Counted from the first letter of the stretch, positions 18,001 through 27,385 are shown. The stretch: 34,194 bases of DNA from a virus (IMGVR_UViG_3300009095_000041:1-34194); one strand, 5' to 3'. The notes: generated by a model not told the origin, from the letters alone. A program made the numbers and translations.

Positions 18001-19554
18001 GGGTTCCTCGGGTTCGACATCCGGCTGCGTTCGACTTCGGGGCGGGGGACCCTCGGTTTGCAGCGGCATCCGTCGCTCGCGTCCCTCGAAGGTCCGCACC
18101 TCCTTCTTCGTCGGGTAGCCCTCGCCACCCAGCTCCCGCTGGGCCGCGCCGAAGGTGGCTTCAAGCTCCTGCCGGTTCATCGGCTCGACCAACTCGTCGG
18201 CCATGCGCCGCACGTCGGCCATGTCCTCGGGCCGCACGCGCAGCAGCCGGGCCAGTGCCTCCTCGGCCTGCCGCGCGTCGATGTCCTTGCTGGCCAGCGC
18301 GTGACCCGTCACGTCGCTCAGGGCCTTGGCCCGCATGTACACCTCGCGGGACCCGAGCAGCTCACGCACCTGATTCACGTTGAGATCCTGCAAACGCCGG
18401 AGGACCACCGCCGCGTCCTCCAGTCGGCTCACCCCAGACAGCTCGTTCTCCAGCTCCGGGAAGACCTCGCGCACCGCCTGCCGGAACTCGTCGAGCTGGC
18501 CACCCTTTTGCACGGATGCCGTGCGGGCGTTCTCCAGCTCCGCCTTCGACGCCGCCCCTCGGGCACGACGGGACTCCTCCACGTTGCCCATGACCCGCTG
18601 GCGCGTGGCGTCTCGCTCGGCGACCGCCGCATCGAAGGCGTCCCGCCGGGCACCCGCCGCCTCGCCACGATTCATGGCCTCGGCCTGCAAGGCGCGACGG
18701 TCCATCTCCGCAAAGCCACGGCGGTTGGTGGCCGCCTCGCGCCGTGCCCGCAGCTTTTGCGTGGCCTCCTCGACCCGCTTGCGGGACTCCTCCGCCGCCA
18801 TCTCTTCGGGACTCAACCGGGGCGGCAGGCCCTCGGACATCGCCTCGCCCAGTGCCTCCTGCTCCCCGCGCAGGCGGCGGGCGGCACCGGCCCGACGGGC
18901 CTGCGTGAACAGCTCGCCCGCGCCACCGAACCCGAGGTCCATGCCCACGTCGAGCAGCGTGTCCTTGAATCCACGCCCGGCCCCGGCGTTTTGCGCCACG
19001 ATCTGGGGAAGCTGCTGCGCCGTGCCCGCTGCCACCCGGCCCAAGGCCGACCGCGCCCCGCCCTGCAACGCCGTGTTCGCCGCCTCCAGCGCCCCGATGC
19101 GTCCCGCCGCCGCACGCGCAGCGGCCCGCGAGCCGCCGCGTACCAGCGACGCCGATCCGACACCGCCGGGCAGAGAGCCGACCAGCTCACCAGCAAAGGA
19201 CAGGCCCTTGGCGACCGTGCCACCCTGATCCCGAAGCTCGCGCACCCGGTCGGCACGTTCCTTCGTGTACTCGCTCACGCCGCGCAGGCCCGACGCCACC
19301 CGGTCGGCACCGACCTTGTCGGCCAGCCACCCGGCGCCACGCGCCACGCCCCCGGCGATCTCCATGGCAGGCTTGGCCAGCGACCCCGCCGCCAGCTCCC
19401 ACCCCTCCCCGTTACTCAGCGTGTGCTTGTCGCGCAGGTCCCGAAGCCGCTGGTAGTAGTCGCTCTCGCTCGACGACTGGGTGTAGGCGCTGTCGATGTC
19501 GGCCCGGTACTTCGCGCCGTTCTCTTGCAGCCACCGTTCCAGTTCCTCGTCCAT
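15004..19554 (-). CDS. large internal virion / DNA-ejection protein
   Basis: About 1516 aa, helical, Ala/Gly/Arg-rich with Gly-rich hydrophobic segments; last of the internal-virion genes in podovirus order; start MDEELERW coupled to the upstream TGA. Confidence 0.7.
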   Translation of the reverse strand: MDEELERWLQENGAKYRADIDSAYTQSSSESDYYQRLRDLRDKHTLSNGEGWELAAGSLAKPAMEIAGGVARGAGWLADKVGADRVASGLRGVSEYTKERADRVRELRDQGGTVAKGLSFAGELVGSLPGGVGSASLVRGGSRAAARAAAGRIGALEAANTALQGGARSALGRVAAGTAQQLPQIVAQNAGAGRGFKDTLLDVGMDLGFGGAGELFTQARRAGAARRLRGEQEALGEAMSEGLPPRLSPEEMAAEESRKRVEEATQKLRARREAATNRRGFAEMDRRALQAEAMNRGEAAGARRDAFDAAVAERDATRQRVMGNVEESRRARGAASKAELENARTASVQKGGQLDEFRQAVREVFPELENELSGVSRLEDAAVVLRRLQDLNVNQVRELLGSREVYMRAKALSDVTGHALASKDIDARQAEEALARLLRVRPEDMADVRRMADELVEPMNRQELEATFGAAQRELGGEGYPTKKEVRTFEGRERRMPLQTEGPPPRSRTQPDVEPEEPNPFSTTAAASDKAPSATVTGTGVLKKEAGKAALGAGLGVTLGAPATLSAQGPGGEDEGDRLATLTAAAAGGALLALGGSWAWRAVANRGNPAARRAAREVLDAAKQEAKEADIRAKLADPATRQRVVDRLTAERGTLPLGPERLVDPYAPLPELGGKSARDYLNMDQFVGLSDESRARLAAEVVGQAQVTRGVPKTVEPLAHVTRDARRLSAARILEQVDPARSTRRENIAVASTLAGVSEDVEKLVAARTRLKNDLAATGDRNVSDVIKSKLKLVDGALLRLREDQSELANFLSRAGTEAGRDLRAHRLVVASMAHNPEAYLSRVADTLRRNLTGDEAGKLRDLLDARDFEGAAQYALDLQQRSGFGMLVDLINAGRLSGIAGRGRDLISGTTNTVVESAVNAPVRAFADRIIGKVANTGVRSADDANLGDIWSDLKDAVRGVEGTTDAKAEGMVEAMRRFWGEDVGVNAFREGGLAGWLERQRKIDIDADALYRLDLPRSTTIKNFTGNQAVDESLDALQKSIFRVTTGIDKVAKGGSYAARLAEEARLIAKQEVADGLLDAKELPKRVAELRVRPTQEMKDAAKLTAERNTFQNHEAMASLVTKIKRELPALIRKGPGGALLGDAVEETLNLVVPFARTGANIAGRVMDYTPFGLVRAGLLTYGLRDQVARGVLTTAQIRMAQRDAAEAVSRFATGSLLAAAGGGYSLYKRGVFSGSMPTDPSERAAWEAAGVRPNSMNIGGVWVPVGQYSPWGNALIVGANVARAMEDRSLNESKLSNIMSLLSQSTLQGGKTVLEQPLVTGLEGFMQAVQDPDRRLGAFASSQASSLVPTVVSDIAAISDKGRGRMVDKDDFVKYMGGSILRRIPGLNQKLPMDYDVLGRERQFRSGSPLSLVNPLSGNSSERLDLPDIQALLEARGGLSKPRRAEGESVREYSDRLRETGSGVREAIMSRIRGGGGVPRPRNAVEREALRAALQDVARGPQSRGRRRVAGSR

Positions 19555-20495
19555 CAGTACCCCCCGTCGATGAGCTGGTTCACCTTGCTCCCCACGCGAC
19601 CCGAGGTGTCCCACTTCGAGAAGCCCGTCGGCATCTTGTCATCCGGCCCCGAGGCCCGGCCCGCAAAGCTGCCGCTGAAGATCGGGTCCATCCCGTACTC
19701 CGGCCCGCGTGCCCGCATCTGCTGGAGCTGACGGGCCGCCGACGAGATCGCCGTGCGTGCCCGGTCCTCCGGCACCCCAGCCTTCAGCATCATCTGGAAC
19801 GCCTGCTCCATGTCCGCGTTGGCCGCATACAGGTAGCTCTCCGCTGCCGACACCAGCCGGTCGTTCACCGTCAGGTTCCGCTCCCACTCCGGCGTCGAGG
19901 GTCCCGGCCCGCTCGGGTCCTTGGCGGTCATCTGCGCCACGACCTGCTGCATCAGCGCCCGGTCGCCCGCCACCACCTCCGGGTCCAGACCGCTGCGCCT
20001 CAGGATCGCTTGGGCACGAGGACTCGACAGCAGCCGCATGTACTTCGCCTGATCTGCCGCCTCCTGCTGCGCCTTCTCCGCTGCCTCCCGCTGGCGCTGC
20101 TGCTGCGCCGCCACCGACCGCATCACGTCCATATACTCCGGCGTGAGGCGCTGGTCCTGATAGTACCCCGACCCCGCCCCGACCTCCTTGAAGTTGTCGG
20201 GCGGCGTGATCCGGGACGAGAGGGCCATGGACATCCCGCCGTTCATCCCCATCACCGGGGCCTTGATGTCGACCGGGTCGGTTTGCGGTGGCGCCCCGAG
20301 CAGCCGGGAATCCCAGAAGCCCGAGCGCGAGGCCTCGGCTGCCGCGCGTGCCTTCTCGGCCTGCATGCGTTCCGCATCCAGCTTGGCCTGCCGCGCCTCT
20401 TCCCGCTTGCGGTAGTAGTCGTCTTCGATACCCCGAGCCGCTGCCTGCGCCCCGCCGCCCACGAACCCGAGGAGGAAGTCACCGAATCCCGCCAT
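19554..20495 (-). CDS. putative ejection (internal virion) protein
   Basis: MAGFGDFLLGFVGGG N-terminus followed by coiled coils; synteny; GGAGGT SD. Confidence 0.6.
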   Translation of the reverse strand: MAGFGDFLLGFVGGGAQAAARGIEDDYYRKREEARQAKLDAERMQAEKARAAAEASRSGFWDSRLLGAPPQTDPVDIKAPVMGMNGGMSMALSSRITPPDNFKEVGAGSGYYQDQRLTPEYMDVMRSVAAQQQRQREAAEKAQQEAADQAKYMRLLSSPRAQAILRRSGLDPEVVAGDRALMQQVVAQMTAKDPSGPGPSTPEWERNLTVNDRLVSAAESYLYAANADMEQAFQMMLKAGVPEDRARTAISSAARQLQQMRARGPEYGMDPIFSGSFAGRASGPDDKMPTGFSKWDTSGRVGSKVNQLIDGGY

Positions 20496-20498
20496 CGT

Positions 20499-21749
20499 CT
20501 ACCTCCACCACGAGCTGTAGTCGAAGTCCAAGTCACTCGCCGCCGGGTCCATCGCCGGGTCGTACATCGGCGTGGTGTCCGGGTTGAGGAAGTCCGTGTT
20601 GTTGAACAGGTCCATGAGGTTCTGGTCCTGCAACCACCCGAACTGGTCGCGGTCAAACCCGAGCCGCTCGTCGAACTGGCGCTGGTCCTCCGCAAACCGA
20701 TCCCGGTCGAGGCCGTAGTTCTGGTCGAACTGCCGTGTCGTCTCGTTGAGGCGGTCGCGATCCAGCCCGTAGTTGCGGTCGAACTGCCGTGTCGTCTCGT
20801 TGAGGCGGTCGCGATCCAGCCCGTAGTTGCGGTCGAACTCGCTCTGGCGCTGGCCGAGGTCCGTGTCGAACTGGTACTGGCTCTCCCCAAACTTCCGCTG
20901 GTCGAGGTCAAGCGCCCCGAACCCGAGCGCCGAGTCGAGGTTCAGCTTGCCCTGCTGGATGCCGAGGTTCCCGAACCCGAGGTCGGCGTCCAGCCGCAAA
21001 CGGTCGCCTGCCAACCCCAGCTCATCGTTGCGGAAGCTCATGTCCTGCATGTACTTGTCGTAATCCATGCCCTGACCGATGGCACGGGACCGCGCCGCCG
21101 CCATCTCTTCCGCAAGCTGGCGCCCGAGTCGGTCCGTCAGGTCCACCTGCGCCGACCGCTTGGCGACGTTCAGGTCAGCCAGCCTGCCGCCCATGATGCT
21201 GGAGTCACTCAGGCCGCGACGCGCCATCTCCTCCCGCAGCGCCGTGTTTTGCATCGCAAACTGGTCGTCGATGTCCTGTGCCCCACGGTCATACCACTGC
21301 TGCACCTCAGCCTGCCCGAATCCCGCCGGGTTGGCGAGCTGCTGCATGAGCATCTGCCGGGTCGCGTCCTGCACGGCGGCGTCCCCGCGCACCTGCACCG
21401 GTCCGCTGCCACCCGACGCCCCACCCGCCTGCGCCCCACCGCCGTAGCCCCCCTGCGTCACGCCCGACGAGAAAGTCGGGGGCGGCGTCGGCGTGGCCGG
21501 GGGCGGAGCCGGACGGGCATAGCCCTGCTGCTGCATCTGCGCGAACGTCATCCCGCTCGTCGGGGTTTGCGCGGGCTGCGCCGCCGCAGGCTGCACGGGC
21601 GCCGGTCCCGCCTGTGCAATCGGGCGGGGCTGCTCCTTCTTCCGGGGCTGCTGATTCAGGGTCAGGCTCGTGGTGCCCATCTTCGGGGCACCATCCTGCT
21701 GGTCCCCGCTGTTCGGCACCATGCGCTGTGCGTTCTCGGCCAGTAGCAT
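20499..21749 (-). CDS. putative ejection/pilot protein with 18-aa repeats
   Basis: Q/P-rich N-terminus, ARRGLSDSS motif, QFDRNYGLDRDRLNETTR repeats; synteny. Confidence 0.6.
   Translation of the reverse strand: MLLAENAQRMVPNSGDQQDGAPKMGTTSLTLNQQPRKKEQPRPIAQAGPAPVQPAAAQPAQTPTSGMTFAQMQQQGYARPAPPPATPTPPPTFSSGVTQGGYGGGAQAGGASGGSGPVQVRGDAAVQDATRQMLMQQLANPAGFGQAEVQQWYDRGAQDIDDQFAMQNTALREEMARRGLSDSSIMGGRLADLNVAKRSAQVDLTDRLGRQLAEEMAAARSRAIGQGMDYDKYMQDMSFRNDELGLAGDRLRLDADLGFGNLGIQQGKLNLDSALGFGALDLDQRKFGESQYQFDTDLGQRQSEFDRNYGLDRDRLNETTRQFDRNYGLDRDRLNETTRQFDQNYGLDRDRFAEDQRQFDERLGFDRDQFGWLQDQNLMDLFNNTDFLNPDTTPMYDPAMDPAASDLDFDYSSWWR
20723..20839. repeat. 54-bp tandem repeat (2 exact copies plus degenerate flanks)
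   Basis: Units start at 20723, 20777 and (partial) 20831. Confidence 0.9.
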
Positions 21750-21752
21750 GCC

Positions 21753-22346
21753 TCAGCCCCCCAGTCCCATCCGCTTGTTGATCGCGGCCCGGTAGTCGAT
21801 GCGCCCACCGTCGCGCTGCGCCGCCTTCTCGAAGTGCTGCAAATCGTCCTTGGACCTCGGCGCGTCCATGAACCCCTCGGCCCGCAACTGCCTGCCCAGC
21901 GTCCCGATGTCGAAGTTGTCGCTCACCCGACCCCCGCTCGACTGCACCGCCGCGTTGAACCGACGCAGCATCTCGTCACGGTAGGTGCCCGAGTACGGCT
22001 GCGCCTGCGTCTGGCGGACGATCTCCTTGCGGATCTCCGCTGCTCGCGGGTCGTACATCTCCGGTCGCCGGTACTTCGAGATGTCGGGCAGGCCCATGCT
22101 CGATGTGTCCACCCCGCGCTGGCTGGCCATCCGGTTCAGGAGCGCCGCCTTCATCGGGTTGGTGTAGGCGTTCGAGCCGAGCGAGTCGTTGTACATCCGC
22201 AGCCGGAAGTCGTAGTCCCGCTCCGACTCCTTGGCCTGCTGGGCCAACTGCTGGCGCTGCACGTCCCCCTGCTTGGCCGACGCCAACGCGCCCGCCCCCG
22301 CCGAGACGCCACTCAGGATTGCCGGGATTAACCACGGTGCTGGCAT
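21753..22346 (-). CDS. putative small ejection protein
   Basis: Hydrophobic Gly/Ala N-terminus (WLIPAILSGVSAGAGALAS) then Q-rich helix, typical of the first podovirus ejection protein. Confidence 0.55.
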   Translation of the reverse strand: MPAPWLIPAILSGVSAGAGALASAKQGDVQRQQLAQQAKESERDYDFRLRMYNDSLGSNAYTNPMKAALLNRMASQRGVDTSSMGLPDISKYRRPEMYDPRAAEIRKEIVRQTQAQPYSGTYRDEMLRRFNAAVQSSGGRVSDNFDIGTLGRQLRAEGFMDAPRSKDDLQHFEKAAQRDGGRIDYRAAINKRMGLGG

Positions 22347-22349
22347 GTC

Positions 22350-22640
22350 CTACTCCTCCCTGAAGACTGCGACATCCACGGTTTGCGAGCCGGGGGCTGC
22401 CGTGCCAAAGTTGAGCGTAAACTGTCCGACCTGCTTGCCACTGACCCAGACCGTCGTGTCCCAGTCCGGCATGGCCAGCACGCCGTATCCTGCGTCGAAC
22501 TCCGCCGGGGTGAGCGTCACGACCAGCGAGGTCGCACTCGTCGTGACCGGCAGCCCCACCCGGTTCCCCCCGAGCGTGAGCCATCGCTGCTCCAGCCGTC
22601 GCCGCCGGGCCTCCGCCCGTGCCGCCACGACATCAGGCAC
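22350..22640 (-). CDS. small virion-associated beta-rich protein
   Basis: 96 aa between tail fibre and ejection genes; start uncertain. Confidence 0.55.
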   Translation of the reverse strand: MPDVVAARAEARRRRLEQRWLTLGGNRVGLPVTTSATSLVVTLTPAEFDAGYGVLAMPDWDTTVWVSGKQVGQFTLNFGTAAPGSQTVDVAVFREE

Positions 22641-24228
22641 CCATCAACCCGTGCGCCGCGAGCGCGTCGTACATCGCGTTGACGAAGCGGGCCAGCCCGC
22701 GCACGCCACCCGTCAGCGTCCCCAAGTCGGCGGCGGAGTCGATCTCGTTCACCATGTCGTAGCCGCTGACATCCTTCAGGCTCGTCGCGTTGGTCATCTT
22801 CGCAAACCCCGTGACCCGCGCCCCGACCACCTGCGTCCCGCTCTTCTGGAACACGCCCGCCGTGTTCACGTTGCCGCTCACCGAGATGTTGCCGCCCGAC
22901 TCCGTGATGACCGAGTCAGTCAGCGTCGTCGCACCGCTCGCCTTCGGCAGCGTGCCCGTGGTCAGGCCCGACACCCCACCGGGAATCGCCGACCAGCTCA
23001 GGGTCCCGGACCCGTTGTTCGTCAGGACGTAGCCGCTCGACCCGTGGCTCCCCGGAAACGCATACTGCAAACCGTTGATCGTGAACTGGTTCACGCTCAT
23101 CGTGATCGCGCCGGTCGAGAGCAGGCCGCTTTGCGCCGCCACGATGGTGCTCGACGAGGCCCCGACCACGACGAAGTTGCTGCCGTTCAGCGAGATGAGC
23201 GCCACGTCCGCCGAGTTTGCGGCGTTGCGGGCGGTGATCGCGCTGTTGTTCGGCAGGCCCAGAACCCCCGACTGGCCGGGGTTGGTGCCCACGCGGATCA
23301 TGCCCGACGCCTCGACGATGATCGAGTTGCCCAGCGCCGACCCACCCGTCCACTTGGGCAGCGTGCCCGTGGTGCCCGACCCGCTGACCGAGCCGCCGCC
23401 CCCGGCGTCCGGCTGCCAGCTCAGGGTGCCCGCGCCATCGGTCGAGAGGATGTCGCCGCTGTTGCCGTCTGCCGCCGGGAGGACGTAGTCCACGCCCCGC
23501 AGCGAGATCGTGGTGCCGCTATGCACGAGCTTCGTCACCGTGACCTGCGCCGCCGCAAAGTTGCCGGAGCTGTCACGCGCCACGATGGCGCTCGTGGTGT
23601 TGGCCGCGTCCGCCGTGGTTGCGGAGTTGGCCACCTTCCCGGACGTGCTGATCGTCGCCAGCTTCGTGTCGGCGATGGCCGCGCTCGCGTTGATGTCCGC
23701 GTTCACGATGGCGCCCGCCGTGATCGCCGCCGTCAGCGAGATGTTGGCGGTGCCGTCGAACGCCACGCCCGTGGCCGTCACGTCCCCGGCGATGGCGATG
23801 TTCCGGCCCGTGGCCAGTGCCGTCGCCGTGTCCGCGTTGCCCGTCACGTCGCCCGTGACATTGCCGGTCACGTCGCCCGCCACGCCCCCGCTGGCCGTGA
23901 TCTCCTGCGTGAAGGTCGTGGCCCCGGCGACCGTGCCGCCCTGCGTCTGGTTGAGGTAGTCGACCTCCGCCCACGTCGAGCCGGTGTCATACCAGACCCG
24001 CACCGCCGACCCATCGACCGTCACCCACTTGCGGCCCGTCGTCGCCGCCGAGGGCCGGGACCCGATGGCGCTCGACTGGACGTGGATGCCCGTGTCCGCG
24101 TCGTGCGCGTTGTATGCGGTCCGCAGCGCGTTGTCGTTCGCCCGGACCTGATCGGCGTCGATGGGCGACTGCCCGTTTTGCGGGTCCGTGAAGGACGACT
24201 GCTGGTGCTGCGAGATGATCTCGGCCAT
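22633..24228 (-). CDS. tail fibre / receptor-binding protein
   Basis: G/T/S/A-rich; GDVTGNVTG repeats, NADTATALATGRNI, two LSTDGAGTLSW/LTNNGSGTLSW modules. Confidence 0.75.
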   Translation of the reverse strand: MAEIISQHQQSSFTDPQNGQSPIDADQVRANDNALRTAYNAHDADTGIHVQSSAIGSRPSAATTGRKWVTVDGSAVRVWYDTGSTWAEVDYLNQTQGGTVAGATTFTQEITASGGVAGDVTGNVTGDVTGNADTATALATGRNIAIAGDVTATGVAFDGTANISLTAAITAGAIVNADINASAAIADTKLATISTSGKVANSATTADAANTTSAIVARDSSGNFAAAQVTVTKLVHSGTTISLRGVDYVLPAADGNSGDILSTDGAGTLSWQPDAGGGGSVSGSGTTGTLPKWTGGSALGNSIIVEASGMIRVGTNPGQSGVLGLPNNSAITARNAANSADVALISLNGSNFVVVGASSSTIVAAQSGLLSTGAITMSVNQFTINGLQYAFPGSHGSSGYVLTNNGSGTLSWSAIPGGVSGLTTGTLPKASGATTLTDSVITESGGNISVSGNVNTAGVFQKSGTQVVGARVTGFAKMTNATSLKDVSGYDMVNEIDSAADLGTLTGGVRGLARFVNAMYDALAAHGLMGA

Positions 24229-24229
24229 G

Positions 24230-25750
24230 CTACCCCCGTCGCGTCATGTCAAAGGCTTCCAGCGAAAAGCGGGAGTACAGCCCACCGCCACCCTCGCTCG
24301 CATCGCGAATCGTGATGTCCACATACTGTCCACGTCCCGACATCGGCACGCGGAACGGCTGCACGCCCGACCCGCCCCATGTCCCCGTGCCCCATGTCCC
24401 CGTGTTCCACGCGGAGCTGGAGGTCGTCAGCATGTAGCTGTCGTCCCCGTACTGCGTGTCCCATTCCACCGTCACGTCGTCGCCCGACCGGGGATCGAAG
24501 AGCAGGTAGCCCCAGCGCCACGCCTTCGACGCCTCGAACCCCGTGTCGCAAAACATCCGGTGGAGCTGGAGCACCGTCTCGTAGCCGGTGCCACCCGACC
24601 CGTCCGCTGCCACGTCGTCGAGGTAGTTGTTGTCGACCTGCGCCCGCTTGACCCGGCCCGCCGCGTCGCCCACGAGGACGATGGGCACGCCGCTGGTGTC
24701 CGTGGACTCCCACGCGCAGGTCGACGCCGTCGAGATGTAGCCCCCGGCCTGCGGCCCCGACCACTGCCGGGTCCGGTAGTTGAAGACGTAGAAGCCGATG
24801 CCGCCGATGTAGAACCAGACCTCGCGGCGCGACCGGAAATGCACCGCAAAGGAGGCGGCAAGTTCTGCCGCACTCAGCCCCACCACGTCGGCGTCGATCT
24901 TCGTCGAGATCGGCTGCACCGAGTTGGGGGTCGCCGCGTAAAAGCCCCGGTCCGTCAGGAAGAGCACCTCGTTCTCCAGCGCCACGACGGTGCGCGGCGC
25001 CCGCGTGCCCACGTCCGACGTGAGGCCGGACGATCCCGCTTGGATGTCGATGTCGTCCTGCGTCCAGCCCGTGAAGACCGAGATGCCCGAGTCGTGGAAC
25101 ATCAGCAGCGCGCCGGCACAGGGCGCCAAGGCCACGAGCTGCCGGTCGCTGAAGGTCCGCACGATGGCCTCGCCCCCGCCCGAGGCCGCGATCCCCAGCG
25201 TCTCGCCCGCGTCGAGGTCCGACCAGTAGATCGTCTGGTCGGTGCCCGTGATCCCGAAGAGCCTGCGGTTGTAGACCGCCAGCCGGGTCACGCTCGGCGT
25301 GCTGGCGATGTTGGTCGTGAGCGTCGACCCGTCCCAGTAGTTCAGCAGGCCGCCGTCGGCGATGAACACCACCTCGCCGCCCGCGCCGCCCTCGCGGAAC
25401 GCCGCAAAGTCCGGGACCTGCGAGGTGCTCAGGGCCGTGGACTGCTGCGTCGCCGTGAGGGGCAGGCTGCCATAGGGCATGGTGTAGAGTTCGCCGTCCA
25501 CCACGAAGAGGTTCGTGGTGGAGCCGGTGCCCGGCTGCCAGTTGAAGCCTGCGAGGATCGGGGTGCTCGCCACGGGGGCCGCCGACAGCAGGAGCCGCGT
25601 GCCCCCGCGCTTTTGCGCCGCGCCGTGCTCGGTGAGCAGGGCGTTGGTAGCCACGCGGATCTCGTCCGGCTGGAGCTGGGACTCGTCGGCGGAGGTGTTC
25701 AACCCCCCGCCGAAGCCCGCCTGCATGTCACCCGTTCGGCGACGGCCCAT
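24230..25750 (-). CDS. tail nozzle / head-stabilisation protein (P22 gp10 / T7 gp12-like)
   Basis: FGGGLN N-terminus, beta-propeller-like content (RRLFGI, IYWSD, VLFLTDRGFY); follows the adaptor gene. Confidence 0.65.
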   Translation of the reverse strand: MGRRRTGDMQAGFGGGLNTSADESQLQPDEIRVATNALLTEHGAAQKRGGTRLLLSAAPVASTPILAGFNWQPGTGSTTNLFVVDGELYTMPYGSLPLTATQQSTALSTSQVPDFAAFREGGAGGEVVFIADGGLLNYWDGSTLTTNIASTPSVTRLAVYNRRLFGITGTDQTIYWSDLDAGETLGIAASGGGEAIVRTFSDRQLVALAPCAGALLMFHDSGISVFTGWTQDDIDIQAGSSGLTSDVGTRAPRTVVALENEVLFLTDRGFYAATPNSVQPISTKIDADVVGLSAAELAASFAVHFRSRREVWFYIGGIGFYVFNYRTRQWSGPQAGGYISTASTCAWESTDTSGVPIVLVGDAAGRVKRAQVDNNYLDDVAADGSGGTGYETVLQLHRMFCDTGFEASKAWRWGYLLFDPRSGDDVTVEWDTQYGDDSYMLTTSSSAWNTGTWGTGTWGGSGVQPFRVPMSGRGQYVDITIRDASEGGGGLYSRFSLEAFDMTRRG

Positions 25751-26425
25751 TCATCCTCCCCACTCCTCGCGGCTGTCGGAATAGCCGACCTGCAAGGGCA
25801 TGGTCGAAACCCGTGCGACATCGGAAAGCATGGCCCGGCGATACTGCTCCGCCATGGCCCGCAACGCGGCTGCCGCCTCGGTCTCGGTCCCACCCTTCGT
25901 CAGCATGAGCGCCGCCGTTTCCAGTGCGAGGATCTGTTCGTATCCCGACGGGAACTCCACGGTGACGCTCCCCGCCGAGAGGGCAGAGGGGAGGGGAGGC
26001 ATGTGGTTGACCAGCACGTTCACGGTGCTGGTCGGGTTCGGAATGATGTGGACCTGCGATCCGTTGCGGTACCACGTCTGGTGGCCCCACACCGTGGCCG
26101 CGCTCTCCCCGCTCCCGGCGGTGAGCACGTCGACCGGGGAGACTTCCTTGTAGACCACGTCTCCCGTGTGGATGCCGATGATGCGGTAGAACACTTCCTG
26201 CGTGTCACCCGTCCCCTGCGTGAGGTCGGACAGGTTGAACGCCCCAGCCGTCACGGTCGGCGTGCGGGTCGCCGTCCGGTAGAATCGGTTTGCGTTGAGG
26301 ATGTTCCGCCATTCAAGACGAGCCACCACATCCAAGGCCGAGGCGACGCGGCCCGTGCCCCAGCGCCCGTCCGACTCGGCATCGGCGTGGTGCCGCGCCT
26401 CCGTGGTGAGTTCATCCCGCGTCAC
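25751..26425 (-). CDS. head-tail adaptor / tail tubular protein A-like
   Basis: 224 aa with MTRDEL start, helical ends and beta core (VHIIPNP); synteny. Confidence 0.6.
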   Translation of the reverse strand: MTRDELTTEARHHADAESDGRWGTGRVASALDVVARLEWRNILNANRFYRTATRTPTVTAGAFNLSDLTQGTGDTQEVFYRIIGIHTGDVVYKEVSPVDVLTAGSGESAATVWGHQTWYRNGSQVHIIPNPTSTVNVLVNHMPPLPSALSAGSVTVEFPSGYEQILALETAALMLTKGGTETEAAAALRAMAEQYRRAMLSDVARVSTMPLQVGYSDSREEWGG

Positions 26426-26897
26426 CGCTCGCCTTCTTCCGCGTCTTCTTCACCAGCGGGGAGTCGAGCGGCACCTGCGTGAGCGACACCGACTTCAACG
26501 CCTGCCCGTGGGCCTGCTCCATGGCAGGCGCCACGGCCTCGCCCCAGTTCACCTTGGACTGGTCGGCGTTGTAGCGGTCCAGCTTGTCCAGCAGAGAATG
26601 GATCGCCTCCTTTCGTGACGACCGCATCCCGTTCAGGACGTAGCCGTATGCCTGATCGACGGTGCAATCGGGCGGGAGGAAGGCCAAGGCATCGAAGTCC
26701 GCGTCGGGGTCCATCTCGCCCTGCTGGATGTACCGGCGACGCGGGTCATCGGGCGCCCACTCGTAGGTGATCGCCCACTGGCCCGTGTCCGGCGCCCCGA
26801 TCCATGCGATGCCGAGGTTTGCGTCGACTGCCCGCAGGCGTTCCACGATTCCAGCGGGCGGTTGCGGCAAACCTCGGCGATCCAGCAGCATGGTCAC
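26412..26897 (-). CDS. hypothetical protein (head-tail region)
   Basis: 161-aa ORF coupled to both neighbours. Confidence 0.65.
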   Translation of the reverse strand: MTMLLDRRGLPQPPAGIVERLRAVDANLGIAWIGAPDTGQWAITYEWAPDDPRRRYIQQGEMDPDADFDALAFLPPDCTVDQAYGYVLNGMRSSRKEAIHSLLDKLDRYNADQSKVNWGEAVAPAMEQAHGQALKSVSLTQVPLDSPLVKKTRKKASGDAG

Positions 26898-27334
26898 GTC
26901 CGAACGAAGAGTTCTGCGGTCACGGTCAGGTCGGTCGGCTGGGTGTTGATGGCCGCCGAGTTGCTGACGATTCGCAGGAGGAGGGTGTCGCCCGTCGCAA
27001 AGGTGCGCTGGGCGTCAGTGAGCGTCCCGAGGACGGTGAAGCTGGCGCCCTCCTTCGTGGTCATCGCCTCCAGATCCAGCGAGGAGGTGAGCACCACGAC
27101 GGCGTCCGCCGAGGCGTCGTACTTGGCGAGGTACGCCAGCACGGTGCCATCGGCGTCGGCCACGAGGGTGTTCTGCACCACGGCGCCGCCCCCGATGGTC
27201 GCCGAGGACGGCGGGGCCACGAGGTAGAAGTCGTTCGTGGTGTTTGCGGTGAGGGGCGACGAACCGAGCGTGCGGCTCACCCAGACCGGATGAGTCCCGA
27301 ACCGACCGATTGCCTCCCGCCGAGAGTTGTCCAT
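26894..27334 (-). CDS. putative capsid decoration/cement protein
   Basis: Beta-rich, about 146 aa, directly after the capsid gene; AAGGAG SD. Confidence 0.55.
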   Translation of the reverse strand: MDNSRREAIGRFGTHPVWVSRTLGSSPLTANTTNDFYLVAPPSSATIGGGAVVQNTLVADADGTVLAYLAKYDASADAVVVLTSSLDLEAMTTKEGASFTVLGTLTDAQRTFATGDTLLLRIVSNSAAINTQPTDLTVTAELFVRT

Positions 27335-27350
27335 CATGTCTCCTTTGCGT

Positions 27351-27374
27351 GGGATGGGGCCGAAGCCCCATCCC
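27351..27374 (-). promoter_or_regulatory. perfect 10-bp RNA hairpin with C(UUCG)G loop after the capsid gene
   Basis: GGGATGGGGC-TTCG-GCCCCATCCC; no U-tract follows. Confidence 0.8.
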
Positions 27375-27385
27375 GACCCCGTCAC

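Noticed and set aside
20723-20839. Tandem repeats (also 4865-4954 and 33067-33462) as a CRISPR array
   Set aside because: In-frame coding repeats; no repeat-spacer architecture and no cas genes.
27351-27374. Post-capsid hairpin as a canonical intrinsic terminator
   Set aside because: No U-rich tail on the coding strand; kept only as a structural element.
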